This document shows positions 1 to 8,968 of a stretch of DNA of 64,000 bases, in pieces (the stretch's first letter is position 1; every line of letters starts with the position of its first letter). Made by a program: the position numbers and the translations under genes. This DNA comes from an archaeon (GTDB lineage: Archaea; Undinarchaeota; CAZHTU01; JBDRCC01), in contig JBDRCC010000021.1 in NCBI GenBank assembly GCA_043822065.1, forward strand, positions 1-64,000. The letters run 5' to 3'. The notes under the pieces are model-generated. The model did not search any database. It was given only the letters and a program-made list of their open reading frames with translations, and was not told the DNA's origin.

Positions 1-21
1 CCCCTTCATTTCCAGTGGAAG
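1..21 (-). promoter_or_regulatory. Origin recognition box (ORB), candidate oriC
   Basis: Minus strand reads CTTCCACTGGAAATGAAGGGG: TTCC-n3-GGAA dyad plus G-string, the archaeal ORB consensus; may be truncated by the window edge. Confidence 0.75.
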
Positions 22-27
22 TGGGTC

Positions 28-133
28 CTTATTATCCTATTTATAAAACTATTTATTTACTATATAGTAGATATATCATATCTAATTATCTTCCATATTG
101 CAAAGAAGAAAACCCCGAGAAAACACAAAAAAA
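28..133. other. AT-rich DNA-unwinding element of candidate oriC
   Basis: Very AT-rich non-coding tract between the ORB (1-21) and a mini-ORB (137-149). Confidence 0.6.
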
Positions 134-136
134 CCA

Positions 137-149
137 GTTCCACAGGAAG
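137..149 (+). promoter_or_regulatory. mini-ORB
   Basis: GTTCCACAGGAAG: TTCC-n3-GGAA dyad without G-string, in inverted orientation to the ORB at 1-21. Confidence 0.55.
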
Positions 150-163
150 CGAGAGCCCCCCTC

Positions 164-703
164 TCACTCAATAATGCGTTCGAGCTGCCTGTCTACCCTA
201 GCGCGCTGCCCGCTCTTGTCCCTTTTTCCGAGCCAGGCTATGATTCTGCCGTATTCCTCAAGGAGCTTCTTCTTTTCGGCTTTGGTTTTTGACTCGCCGA
301 CCTTCGCCTCAAAATTTTTCCAGACCTCGGTGCTGGCTTTCTTCCATTCCACACTCTCGGCCGGGTTGCTCCTCTTTATCCCAAGCTCCTTGACAACGCT
401 CGCTGCCTTTTCGTCCTGCTTCTCGGTCGCGTTGTGCCCAAGCGAATAATTCTTCCTTTCCGTCGCCGGGCCCCAGGTGTACTTGCCTTCGACCCGCTCC
501 GAGCCGGCCTTAATGAATATCCCTTCGTCCACACCCTTGTTCAGGTGGTAATAGACGTTCCTGAGCGTGGTCCCGCCGTATGCCTTCCGGTAAACCTTGA
601 AAATCTCGTACCCGTGCGCGACCCCACAGCAGTCTATAATCCGTTCTATCTTGTTTCTCACTTGGCTTTTCAAAGGTCGTCCGCGTCCCATAGTATCACT
701 CAT
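164..703 (-). CDS. PadR-like winged-helix DNA-binding protein
   Basis: GRGRP basic N-terminus, HGYEI, YYHL..GV..G helix, wing ..WG..ERKNYSLG; helical C-terminal extension. Confidence 0.75.
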   Translation of the reverse strand: MSDTMGRGRPLKSQVRNKIERIIDCCGVAHGYEIFKVYRKAYGGTTLRNVYYHLNKGVDEGIFIKAGSERVEGKYTWGPATERKNYSLGHNATEKQDEKAASVVKELGIKRSNPAESVEWKKASTEVWKNFEAKVGESKTKAEKKKLLEEYGRIIAWLGKRDKSGQRARVDRQLERIIE

Positions 704-818
704 TCAAATGCTGCAGTCAACTAATCACAGATATCCTTTTTATTATTTTCCATATAGAAGGCAATACGAAGCTACTTAAAGCCCCTTAATTCTTTTCCAT
801 ATGGAAAAATATTCCACT

Positions 819-1619
819 TCAGTTTTTATCAAAAATATAGAGGTACGCCCTACCACCAAAAAAACCTCCGCTGACCATTTCATGTTTTTTCACCAGCGTC
901 CAATCTAATTTGTACTTTTTCTCTATGTCATCTTCCTGTGTTGTGAAGGCTACCCTGCAACGGTCGGTTTCTTTTTCGATTTTATTAAAAAATTTTCTAA
1001 ACTCATCCTTCGTAAGGTGCGCTCCAGTGAATATAAAACCCCCCTTAGGTATCTCGCATTCTAAGAAATCACCCCACAACATCTCAACTTTGTCGGCAGA
1101 TTTTTTTATAAACTCACACCCCTCTTTTAGCAGTTTCTCCGACTGTTTGCGGTCCTTGAAATAAAGGTCGTTGTTAGTTATTTCCCACTTCCCGTCTCTA
1201 TCTTTCGGGCCTAAGTACCACCCAGGATCTCTTAGCAAACTCTGGAAGGTCGTAACCCCCACCGGGTTCAGCTCAATCCCAACCGCCCTCGACGCGCCAT
1301 GCATTATGGCCTGGAACAGCAGAGCACCATACCCCGCGCCCAAATCGACGAATACCTCCCCCTTCTCCATATAGTCAAACAACAATTTCTCCCTCTGATT
1401 GAGTGTTGGTTCAATATTGTGGGCACTTGCCTTTTTCACAATGCTATCATACTTGTGGCTCACATCACAAGGGGTGCTCCTCAAAAACCTATAGCTCAGA
1501 GGCGCCCACAGACCGGCGTCTTCCGTTTTTCCATCAGTAGTCCTTAATACATCATGCCTAAGATAAACAGCCGTCCAGAAGAACTTGCCTACCGCCGTTT
1601 CTCCTGGTGGAACTCCCAT
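819..1619 (-). CDS. Class I SAM-dependent methyltransferase
   Basis: VFVDLGAGYG motif I, GIE motif II, GDF motif; AT-richer than host genes. Confidence 0.8.
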   Translation of the reverse strand: MGVPPGETAVGKFFWTAVYLRHDVLRTTDGKTEDAGLWAPLSYRFLRSTPCDVSHKYDSIVKKASAHNIEPTLNQREKLLFDYMEKGEVFVDLGAGYGALLFQAIMHGASRAVGIELNPVGVTTFQSLLRDPGWYLGPKDRDGKWEITNNDLYFKDRKQSEKLLKEGCEFIKKSADKVEMLWGDFLECEIPKGGFIFTGAHLTKDEFRKFFNKIEKETDRCRVAFTTQEDDIEKKYKLDWTLVKKHEMVSGGFFGGRAYLYIFDKN

Positions 1620-1693
1620 ATAGTATAATCTATGGTCGTACTGTATATTAAAATCTATACCCCAATATTTAATTATCTTCCATATGGCAAATA

Positions 1694-2770
1694 TTAAAAG
1701 CCTTTCCGGTCGCCCCTATATTCTTCCAAAATCCCCTTCACATCCACCCGCTCTTTTATTTTTTTCAGCACCCAGACGCCGCTGTCGTTTGAGAGCTCAA
1801 CATCATCCTCGCCAAGGACCTCAACCCCAGCTTCGCAGAAGGCATCAAGCACATTTTTCGCGAACCCATCCCCTATCACCCGCGCCACTCCAATCCCGGC
1901 AAGCCGCCTGGCAGGCTTTTCCGCCCCTGGCTTCCTCACCCAGACGGTGTCGCCCCTGAAAATCCCTATTCCGCCCGCGCGGTCAATCTCCTCGTCGCTC
2001 AATTCCGCGACAACCTTCACAACAACCGCGCCGCCGAGCGAAAGCTCGTGCATCTTCCTGAGCATGCCAACCCTGCCTGAAAGCAGGGCCTCGCGCCGCT
2101 TCAACTCCTCATACCGCCGCCTCACACTCTCGTCGCCGCGGGTGACAATCTTCATCTTGACGAAGTCCCGCTTCCGCAGCCGCTCTATCTCGGCGTCCCT
2201 TTCCCTTACCTTCCGCTCAAGAATCTCAACCCGCCTCCCGAGCCCGGCCCTTTCCGCCTCGACCTTGCCCATCCTCTCGAGCAGGCCTGCGACGTCCGTC
2301 CTTTTCCTGGCCGCCTGCACCCTCTCGGGCGCGGCCTCCGGCTCGATGCCCTCCCTTAAAATCCGCCCGACCTCATCCCTTGCGTGCCGCTTCTTCAGGT
2401 ACCTTATCTTCCCGACGTTATTCTTGTAATAATTCAGCGCGGCCGCGGCCGCGTCCCTTATGTGCGCGTTCTTGTGCGCGTAGAGCTCTTTCTTTTTCTC
2501 CACCGGCAGCGACTCGCGCGGGTGCCAGAAGTCCACGTCAAACCTCGCGGCAAGCTTCTCCAGCTTCTTCGGCGCCGGGCTGACGTCGCTCGCCACCACT
2601 ATCGGCTTGCCGTGCTCCTGAATGAACCGTATAACCTCTGTTTCGCCCATCCCCCTCTCGTGCTTCGAGGCGAAGACCTTGCCGTCGATGTCCACAAGCG
2701 CGACTGCGGACGTCGTCCCGGGGTCGTACCCTACAAAAAAATATTTGCGCGTGGTATCCTCTTCACTCAT
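1694..2770 (-). CDS. DUF460 family protein (RNase H-like N-terminus plus coiled coil)
   Basis: VGYDPGTTSAVA, GKPIVVASDV, H.RDA.AAA motifs, then coiled coil. Confidence 0.8.
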   Translation of the reverse strand: MSEEDTTRKYFFVGYDPGTTSAVALVDIDGKVFASKHERGMGETEVIRFIQEHGKPIVVASDVSPAPKKLEKLAARFDVDFWHPRESLPVEKKKELYAHKNAHIRDAAAAALNYYKNNVGKIRYLKKRHARDEVGRILREGIEPEAAPERVQAARKRTDVAGLLERMGKVEAERAGLGRRVEILERKVRERDAEIERLRKRDFVKMKIVTRGDESVRRRYEELKRREALLSGRVGMLRKMHELSLGGAVVVKVVAELSDEEIDRAGGIGIFRGDTVWVRKPGAEKPARRLAGIGVARVIGDGFAKNVLDAFCEAGVEVLGEDDVELSNDSGVWVLKKIKERVDVKGILEEYRGDRKGF

Positions 2771-3434
2771 ACTTGCTGGTTACCAGGCTCCTTATCCTCC
2801 TCGCCTTCTTCGGGCCGAGCTTGTCCACCTTCTGCAGTTCGACCTCGCTTGCGGTGAACACCTTCTCCACGCTCCCGAAATGGTTCAGCATGTTCCTTGC
2901 GAGCGTCTGCCCGACGTTCGGCAGGCCTGCGACGAGGAACTCCTGCTCAGCCTGGGTGCTGGAAACCTTTTTCGAGCCGCGTATCTGAACCGACTTCTTC
3001 AGGTCGAGCTGCTCCCGCCTCGCCATCTGCCAGATATAATTCGCCGCGTCCGCCTCGCTCTCAACCTTCAGGACGGGAATCCCGTAGTCGACAACCAGGC
3101 TTATCACCGCGCCGCGGATTGCGCGCTCGTCTATGTTCCTGATTGAGTATATGTCCTCACTGCCCACCAGCAAAATAATCGGCTTCTCAAAGCTGTCCTT
3201 CATCCTCTTTGCCTGCTCGAAAAGCCTCCCATCGACCAGGCTGCTAAGAAAATCACCCAGCGACTTCCTCTCAATCCCGACCCGTTCAGAAACCTGAAAA
3301 TCCGCGACATGAAGCTGCGCAGGCTTTATCTCGGCGCCCTTTGCATACAGCTCCTTGACAACCCTGCCCTTCAGCTCGCGGTTGTCGACGTAGACATAAA
3401 CCTTCTCCCCCGCTTTCAATACCCCTTGCGCCAT
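2763..3434 (-). CDS. ERCC4/XPF-family endonuclease with (HhH)2, nuclease half of a split Hef
   Basis: VD.RE, ADF, ERKS..D....DGRLFEQ motifs and C-terminal HhH pair. Confidence 0.9.
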   Translation of the reverse strand: MAQGVLKAGEKVYVYVDNRELKGRVVKELYAKGAEIKPAQLHVADFQVSERVGIERKSLGDFLSSLVDGRLFEQAKRMKDSFEKPIILLVGSEDIYSIRNIDERAIRGAVISLVVDYGIPVLKVESEADAANYIWQMARREQLDLKKSVQIRGSKKVSSTQAEQEFLVAGLPNVGQTLARNMLNHFGSVEKVFTASEVELQKVDKLGPKKARRIRSLVTSKYE

Positions 3435-3551
3435 AGCCTAACAATGCCATCCGTATTAAAATAGATTGACCCGTAAAAAGACGAAAGGACCTGCAAGCGT
3501 GCAGCCAACATATATTTTATATATGGCGTTAATATTTAGAATTAGGGAACT

Positions 3552-3998
3552 ATGTCAGACTACAACAAGAAATATAAAGGCAAGGAGCTGATCGCCCTTA
3601 TCAACGAAACTGCCATGGACGAGGAGTTCTCGCTCGTAGACAAATACGAGAAAATGCTAAAGAAATTGGAGAAGATGGACGTCTCCGAGGCAAACAAGAA
3701 AAAAATACGGCCCGTCCTGCAAAAGCTCATCAATGACAGCAAACAGCATGCCAAGATGCTTAGCGCGGCGTCGGCGGACTACTTTGGCAAAGAGAAGAAG
3801 TACTCCTCCACAGACACTGCACTTTTTGTAGCTGAACTAAAGGATGGCTTGGTGCGGGAAGTGAAGGCAGCAGACATGTACCTGCAGGGGACCACCCGCT
3901 CACCAGAAGATGCGCAAAAGAATACTCTTGAAGCCCTCATAAAATGGGAAAAGCAGCACGCCAAGCTCCTCTCCGACCTTATTGATGAGATAAAATAA
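3552..3998 (+). CDS. Ferritin-like/rubrerythrin-type four-helix protein
   Basis: Two internally repeated helix pairs ending DSKQHAKML and WEKQHAKLL. Confidence 0.65.
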   Translation: MSDYNKKYKGKELIALINETAMDEEFSLVDKYEKMLKKLEKMDVSEANKKKIRPVLQKLINDSKQHAKMLSAASADYFGKEKKYSSTDTALFVAELKDGLVREVKAADMYLQGTTRSPEDAQKNTLEALIKWEKQHAKLLSDLIDEIK

Positions 3999-4028
3999 GC
4001 TGGTGCGCCGGCTGGGTTACACCAATAC

Positions 4029-7000
4029 TCAATAGTCCACCAGACGCTTCTGCTTAACGCCTATCTCCTTCTTTTGCATTTCCCCGAGGACTTTTTTCAT
4101 CTTCCTTTCCCTGTGGAACGAAGACCAGTAATACCCCTCGTCCCTCGTGCCCTTCGCGACAAGGACGACGACCTTCCCCGCCCTAAATCTCGCGGTCCTG
4201 CCCCTCCGCTGTATCGTCCTGAGCGGGCTCGGGACCGGCTCGAAGAACACCACGCAGTCGCACCCGCCGATGTCCAGCCCTTCCTCAGCGACAGAGCTCG
4301 CGACGAGCACGCTGAACTCCCCCTTCTTGAACCTCTCCAGCGTGTGCACCTGCTCCTTCTGGCTCATCCCCTTCTCGGACTTGGCCGCCTGCCCTATCAG
4401 CCTCTCCGCCTTTACCCCGTTCTTCTTGAGCTCCTCGATTATCTTTTTCACGCTGTCCCTGTACTGGGTGAACACGATTATCAGCGAGCGCGGGTTTGCG
4501 GAGAGCTCGCGCGAGACAATCATCTTCAGCCTCGCCATCTTCGGGTGCTCCACACCCGCCTCGTGCAGCGACTTGGTCCTGATGACCGCGTCCATGAACC
4601 GCTCGTTCGAGAAAAGGCTCGCAACCGCGCGCGACTTCCCCTCCTTCAGCCTCCCAAGGTAGCTGTGCGTGGCAGAAATGCCCTGCGTCTCAAGAAGCTC
4701 AAGCGCGTGGTACGCCTTTATCACGCTCGCGACCTTGCTGGCCGCCGCGAACGCTGTCTTCTCCCCTCTAGATATCCTGCCCCTTATCCTTCCCTGGAGC
4801 ATGAGCAGGTCACGCTTGCGCACTTTCGCCAGCTGGGCGCTCTTCAAATATCCCTCATCCCGCAGGAATACCAAATACGGCTTCAGCGACTCCTCAAGGC
4901 TCTTCTTTATTCTCATGAAGCTTTCCGGAAGCTCCACTTCCTCCCAGATGACGTCCGAGCCCTTGACGTACTGCTTCACACCATCGTCCTTCTCCGTCCT
5001 TATCTCGACGTGCCTTATCCTCAGGTTCCTGCAGACAGCTTCTATCGTCTCCTGGTCGCCGCCAGGCGACGCAGTCAGCGCGAGTATCAGCCCGTTCGTT
5101 TCCTTCGCAATGAATACATAAGCATAATCCCCTACTGCCCGGTGCGCCTCGTCAAAAACCACAAGGCTGAATTCGTCCATGCTGAGCCTCCCTGTCAGTA
5201 TGTCGTTCTCAACCACCTGCGGCGTTGCAAAAAATACCTTTCCCCTGCTCCAGACCTCCTTCCGCTCCGCAGGGTTCGTCTTCCCGGTCAGCAAAAACAT
5301 TCCGTCAACATCCATCACATCCTCAAAATACCTCTTGTGCTGGTCAGCCAGCGGCTTCGTGGGTGCGAGGAAAAGAATCTTTTTGTCAGGATTTTTTTCT
5401 ATGATGTATGTAATAAGGAGCAGAGCCAGAGAAGTATTATGGGAAAAGAGGCCTCCATTTTTTCCGGCTATAAAATTTTGTCCATTGTTTATTATTAAGT
5501 CGTACACGTGCTCGGATTTCGCCCTTTCAATGCTCTTTATGGGGTCCCAAAGAATTGGTGCCTCGACGAGATTTTTTAAATCTTCTACCTCTTTTCTGCA
5601 ATCCACCGCCCTGCCATATACATTCAACACAAACTCAATCATCCTCACCAATTTTTCAGTTTTTGGATTTGGGGTCCAGTATATCTCTGACTTCCTTAAA
5701 TTCCATTTAGAAACTCTCAGCCGGTGCCGTACCCTCTCAAGCGTCTCAATTGTGCGGGGATGAGAAATAACACTACCTCCCCTCGATTTCACCAGTTCTC
5801 TCTCTAAAAACTTCACATCCTCTCCGAGTTTCTCCATTTCACTTATTCTTTCCTCAAAAACAGAAAAAATACATCTCGCAACCCCTCTTGATGGGCGTTT
5901 CTCGCCACGCTCGTAGATGTCTATGGTAGGAAGAGGGAAATCCTTGTATGCTGTTGTTTTCAGTAGCAATTTCTCTCTTATGCCTCGGATCTTTTTACTT
6001 ACCGGAATGACATCAGTGTTCGTGTTTTCCTTCTTCCCATCGTCCATAATGGCGCGCAATCTTTTCTTTTTCTCTTCGATCTCAAAACCAATATTGCTCT
6101 CAAATCTTTTAAGGCTGGTTCTCCCGCTTATCCTCATCACATAATACTGCCTTTTTTTTGGCGCCAGCGAATTACTCGCCCAAGCCACCTTTTTTTTGAC
6201 CCGCGCCCGTAATCCAAAACGCAGCAACAAGTAACACATCTGGGAGATCAATTGCTCGCTCGCACTTGTTAATTCAATAGTACCATCTCCCCTAATATTA
6301 CCTTCTCCATCATACATAGCTCTAAGAAAAGCAGAAACAACATTATCCGGCGCAGATAAAACACACTCTGGTACTTTTTTCTCTCTCGAGTGCGAGCCGC
6401 TCTGCATGCCGAACTGATACTTAAGGAAGTATACCAGCGCAGAGCATCTTAAGCACAAACCGCCTTTTATGCGCTCAGCCCTCACGCCAAAAATTTTTTT
6501 CGATAATCGGTCAAATTTCCTTAAAATAACTTTATCCTTATTGAAAAAATCTATGCTTCCGGCCATTCTGCCCTCTGCGATTATCATCCCGACCAACCAA
6601 GCCAAATCAGGCGTCAGCCTCCAAACAGGGCGTAGCACTTTCAAATTCATACGACCCCCACTCACAAAAACTCCCCTCAAATTTTCTTTGACCAAATCAT
6701 CCGGCAGATTTCTTTCCCTTGCATCGTCTATTCTGTAGGTTTTTTTGCGGTTCGCATCTTTTAAAACACAATAAAAACTACAGTTTACCAATTTAGATGG
6801 AAACAACCTAAAGAAGTCTATCTTTGTTTCAGTTCCCCCAATCTCTATCTTCAATGGTACGGCAACATGATCGGACACCCCTAAGTTCTTAGCTGACTTC
6901 CAGTAAGTTTGTCCATCCGCGATAGTTAATAGTGGGTGCTCTGGTGTGACGGTCACCTCAGCGCCACTTTCAGTTACAATCTTCAATAATGAATTGGATT

Positions 7001-7328
7001 TCAATCTACAGCACCCAGTAACTCCTTTGCTTTTGATGTGCCAGTCATTAAGCGAATAAACAGTAGCATCGCCGTATAATTTTACCTCCCCCCCTATACT
7101 ATTAATCTTAAATTTCTCGCCCTCGCTTTCATGGAAAATATCTCCAATCGCCTTTAACCCCCCATTTCCTAAAAGAACTACATCTTCCGGAGCGTGGCAT
7201 TTTCCTAAACCGGTTGGCAAGACTACAAGGGAATTTTTATCCAAAATGGAGCATAGAAGTTCTTCTTGGTATAGTCTTGACTCTATCTTATTTTTCTTGA
7301 TTAGTCTATGCTCTACAAACTTAACCAT
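4029..7328 (-). CDS. hef: Hef/FANCM-type DEAH helicase containing an intein; C-terminal PIP box
   Basis: RLYQ, PTGLGK/T, DEAH, TAS, EEGLD, QRRGRTAR; terminal QKRLVDY. Confidence 0.9.
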   Translation of the reverse strand: MVKFVEHRLIKKNKIESRLYQEELLCSILDKNSLVVLPTGLGKCHAPEDVVLLGNGGLKAIGDIFHESEGEKFKINSIGGEVKLYGDATVYSLNDWHIKSKGVTGCCRLKSNSLLKIVTESGAEVTVTPEHPLLTIADGQTYWKSAKNLGVSDHVAVPLKIEIGGTETKIDFFRLFPSKLVNCSFYCVLKDANRKKTYRIDDARERNLPDDLVKENLRGVFVSGGRMNLKVLRPVWRLTPDLAWLVGMIIAEGRMAGSIDFFNKDKVILRKFDRLSKKIFGVRAERIKGGLCLRCSALVYFLKYQFGMQSGSHSREKKVPECVLSAPDNVVSAFLRAMYDGEGNIRGDGTIELTSASEQLISQMCYLLLRFGLRARVKKKVAWASNSLAPKKRQYYVMRISGRTSLKRFESNIGFEIEEKKKRLRAIMDDGKKENTNTDVIPVSKKIRGIREKLLLKTTAYKDFPLPTIDIYERGEKRPSRGVARCIFSVFEERISEMEKLGEDVKFLERELVKSRGGSVISHPRTIETLERVRHRLRVSKWNLRKSEIYWTPNPKTEKLVRMIEFVLNVYGRAVDCRKEVEDLKNLVEAPILWDPIKSIERAKSEHVYDLIINNGQNFIAGKNGGLFSHNTSLALLLITYIIEKNPDKKILFLAPTKPLADQHKRYFEDVMDVDGMFLLTGKTNPAERKEVWSRGKVFFATPQVVENDILTGRLSMDEFSLVVFDEAHRAVGDYAYVFIAKETNGLILALTASPGGDQETIEAVCRNLRIRHVEIRTEKDDGVKQYVKGSDVIWEEVELPESFMRIKKSLEESLKPYLVFLRDEGYLKSAQLAKVRKRDLLMLQGRIRGRISRGEKTAFAAASKVASVIKAYHALELLETQGISATHSYLGRLKEGKSRAVASLFSNERFMDAVIRTKSLHEAGVEHPKMARLKMIVSRELSANPRSLIIVFTQYRDSVKKIIEELKKNGVKAERLIGQAAKSEKGMSQKEQVHTLERFKKGEFSVLVASSVAEEGLDIGGCDCVVFFEPVPSPLRTIQRRGRTARFRAGKVVVLVAKGTRDEGYYWSSFHRERKMKKVLGEMQKKEIGVKQKRLVDY
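5436..7199 (-). mobile_element. Intein (588 aa) with LAGLIDADG endonuclease, inserted in the helicase Walker A
   Basis: Starts at Cys after GLGK; block B VTPEHP; LVGMIIAEG and FLRAMYDGEG; VYDL; ends SHN before Thr. Confidence 0.95.
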
Positions 7329-7554
7329 ACAAATAACAACATATGCAACTTTTTAAACATTAACAGAGAGCGGCTTGCCGATATTCCAGGCCGGTCGGCA
7401 AAACAACCAGGGCGTTCTTGTCCTTCACCCTCGCGAAAATCTCTTCCTGGTAGACCCTGGACTCTATCTTCCCCTTTTTCACAAGCGGATGCTCAACGTG
7501 CACGCCTATAAGATGGAACCAACATTTTTAAACACCACCGCCCTAATTGCCTGC

Positions 7555-7734
7555 ATGGCGCTGAACGTAATCCCGACACTCGACATCTTCCTCGGGCTAT
7601 TCATACTGCTGTCCTTTTTCCCCATGCACATTCCGTACGTCAGCGCAGTCTTCGGCGCAATCCCGAGCACGGTCTACTTCGTGCTAGGCGTGCTCCTTTT
7701 CCTGCGCGGGCTCCTCAGCTTCAGGTCTAAATAA
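7555..7734 (+). CDS. Small two-TM membrane protein
   Basis: Hydrophobic ORF with host codon usage; TATA-like TTTTTAAA about 25 bp upstream; start uncertain. Confidence 0.6.
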   Translation: MALNVIPTLDIFLGLFILLSFFPMHIPYVSAVFGAIPSTVYFVLGVLLFLRGLLSFRSK

Positions 7735-8147
7735 TGGCGGAAGACGAACAAGGGGAAAAGTCAGGCATTCTGTCTGGCCTCCTCCACAAAGACGGCGGGC
7801 AGGGAGGCTCGGTTTTCTTCGACTACAGGGTCATCATCCTGCTCATCTTCATCCTGCTGGTCGTCATCCAGGCTTTCGTCCCGTCCCTGATTTCCCACGT
7901 CCCAATCATCGGCCCCTACATGGCTGCGGTCGCCCACCTCTATGCTATCGGCGCCGGCATAATCGCCGGGAACAGCGGGATTTTCACAATGGCAAACTTC
8001 ATGGTCACGTTCTCGCTCGTCTTCTTCCCGCCCTTCCTGCTCTACGTCGCGTTCTTCACCTTCAGGACCGTCAAGGGGGTAGGCAAGTACCTCTTCCCGG
8101 TGCTCGCGATTCTCGCGGTCGGCTACATCCTCCTCATGCTCATCTAA
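7734..8147 (+). CDS. Hypothetical membrane protein
   Basis: About 4 TM segments; translationally coupled (TAATG). Confidence 0.7.
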   Translation: MAEDEQGEKSGILSGLLHKDGGQGGSVFFDYRVIILLIFILLVVIQAFVPSLISHVPIIGPYMAAVAHLYAIGAGIIAGNSGIFTMANFMVTFSLVFFPPFLLYVAFFTFRTVKGVGKYLFPVLAILAVGYILLMLI

Positions 8148-8188
8148 TCCCAATCCACTACAACACTGCATAAAACCAAGGAGGCGAA

Positions 8189-8458
8189 ATGTCAAGCAAA
8201 ACAGCCAAATGGCAAATCACTGGCCACAGGCCTGAACTGGTGGGCGGCAGAATCGGCGCAGCCCGCCTGACTGAAGATGACGACAAGGCGCTGCACAAGC
8301 TGATAAGGATGAGCGGCGTGAAGTCGCTGCGGTACAGCTACGACCAAACAAAAACAACATTCACGATGGTGATAGAGGGCGAGGAGGGGCAGTGCATGAT
8401 TTTCCTCAACTCCCTATTCTGGCAAGCGTCATATTTTATCAAGCCGGAGCGGCTGTGA
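8189..8458 (+). CDS. Hypothetical protein
   Basis: GGAGG RBS upstream; 89 aa. Confidence 0.65.
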   Translation: MSSKTAKWQITGHRPELVGGRIGAARLTEDDDKALHKLIRMSGVKSLRYSYDQTKTTFTMVIEGEEGQCMIFLNSLFWQASYFIKPERL

Positions 8459-8479
8459 AGCTTTTGCGAAATACCTAGC

Positions 8480-8875
8480 ATGGCCAAAACTTTACTCACC
8501 AACGAACAGCTGAAAATAGTGTGGGATAATTTTGAGTACTGGGCGTATGGAAAGCTCCCTGTGAAAAAATGCAAACTCCATGAGATACCCTACTGCAGGC
8601 GCTTCAAGAAAAAAATAAAGATGCTGAACACTGCGCTCGATGTGATAGAGGAAGGCATGGCCGGCTACGCCCAGATGGCAAGGTTCATGATTCTAAGGTC
8701 GTTTTTGTATGAGTATTTGACTGGCGAGGGCATTACCGCCGGGTACATTGACACTGTAAAAGCGCTCCTAGCCGAGAGCAAGAACAGGGAAGAGCTATTT
8801 GCGTGCCTCGACAAAGAGTGCGCCTACATGGTTGAGCACTACCAGGACCCAACCGAAAAGCTGCTGGCCTGCTAA
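8480..8875 (+). CDS. Hypothetical helical protein, paralog A
   Basis: Shares motifs with 8969-9379. Confidence 0.75.
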   Translation: MAKTLLTNEQLKIVWDNFEYWAYGKLPVKKCKLHEIPYCRRFKKKIKMLNTALDVIEEGMAGYAQMARFMILRSFLYEYLTGEGITAGYIDTVKALLAESKNREELFACLDKECAYMVEHYQDPTEKLLAC

Positions 8876-8968
8876 TGCCTAAACCGGCGTGGGCGGCGGC
8901 CCCAACAAAAACCGTGCCAGCTGCTCTACGCAGTTACCTTTAAATACCCTACGCGCCAAATATGCCGC

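Larger units (their letters stand above)
83..1696. repeat. Four dispersed copies of a ~22-bp palindromic motif TAATTWTYTTCCATATGGMAAA
   Basis: Copies at 83-104, 741-760, 787-813 and 1670-1696; copies 1 and 4 match 21/22; TTTTCCATATGGAAAA at 793-808 is a perfect palindrome. Confidence 0.85.

Noticed and set aside
83-1696. Palindromes as integron attC or Xer dif sites
   Set aside because: No recombinase nearby, no attC R-box structure, and no 11-6-11 dif layout.
4074-5498. 474-aa plus-strand ORF, and many similar antisense ORFs such as 38995-39948 and 40267-41172
   Set aside because: Shadow frames of GC3-rich real genes with no recognisable motifs.
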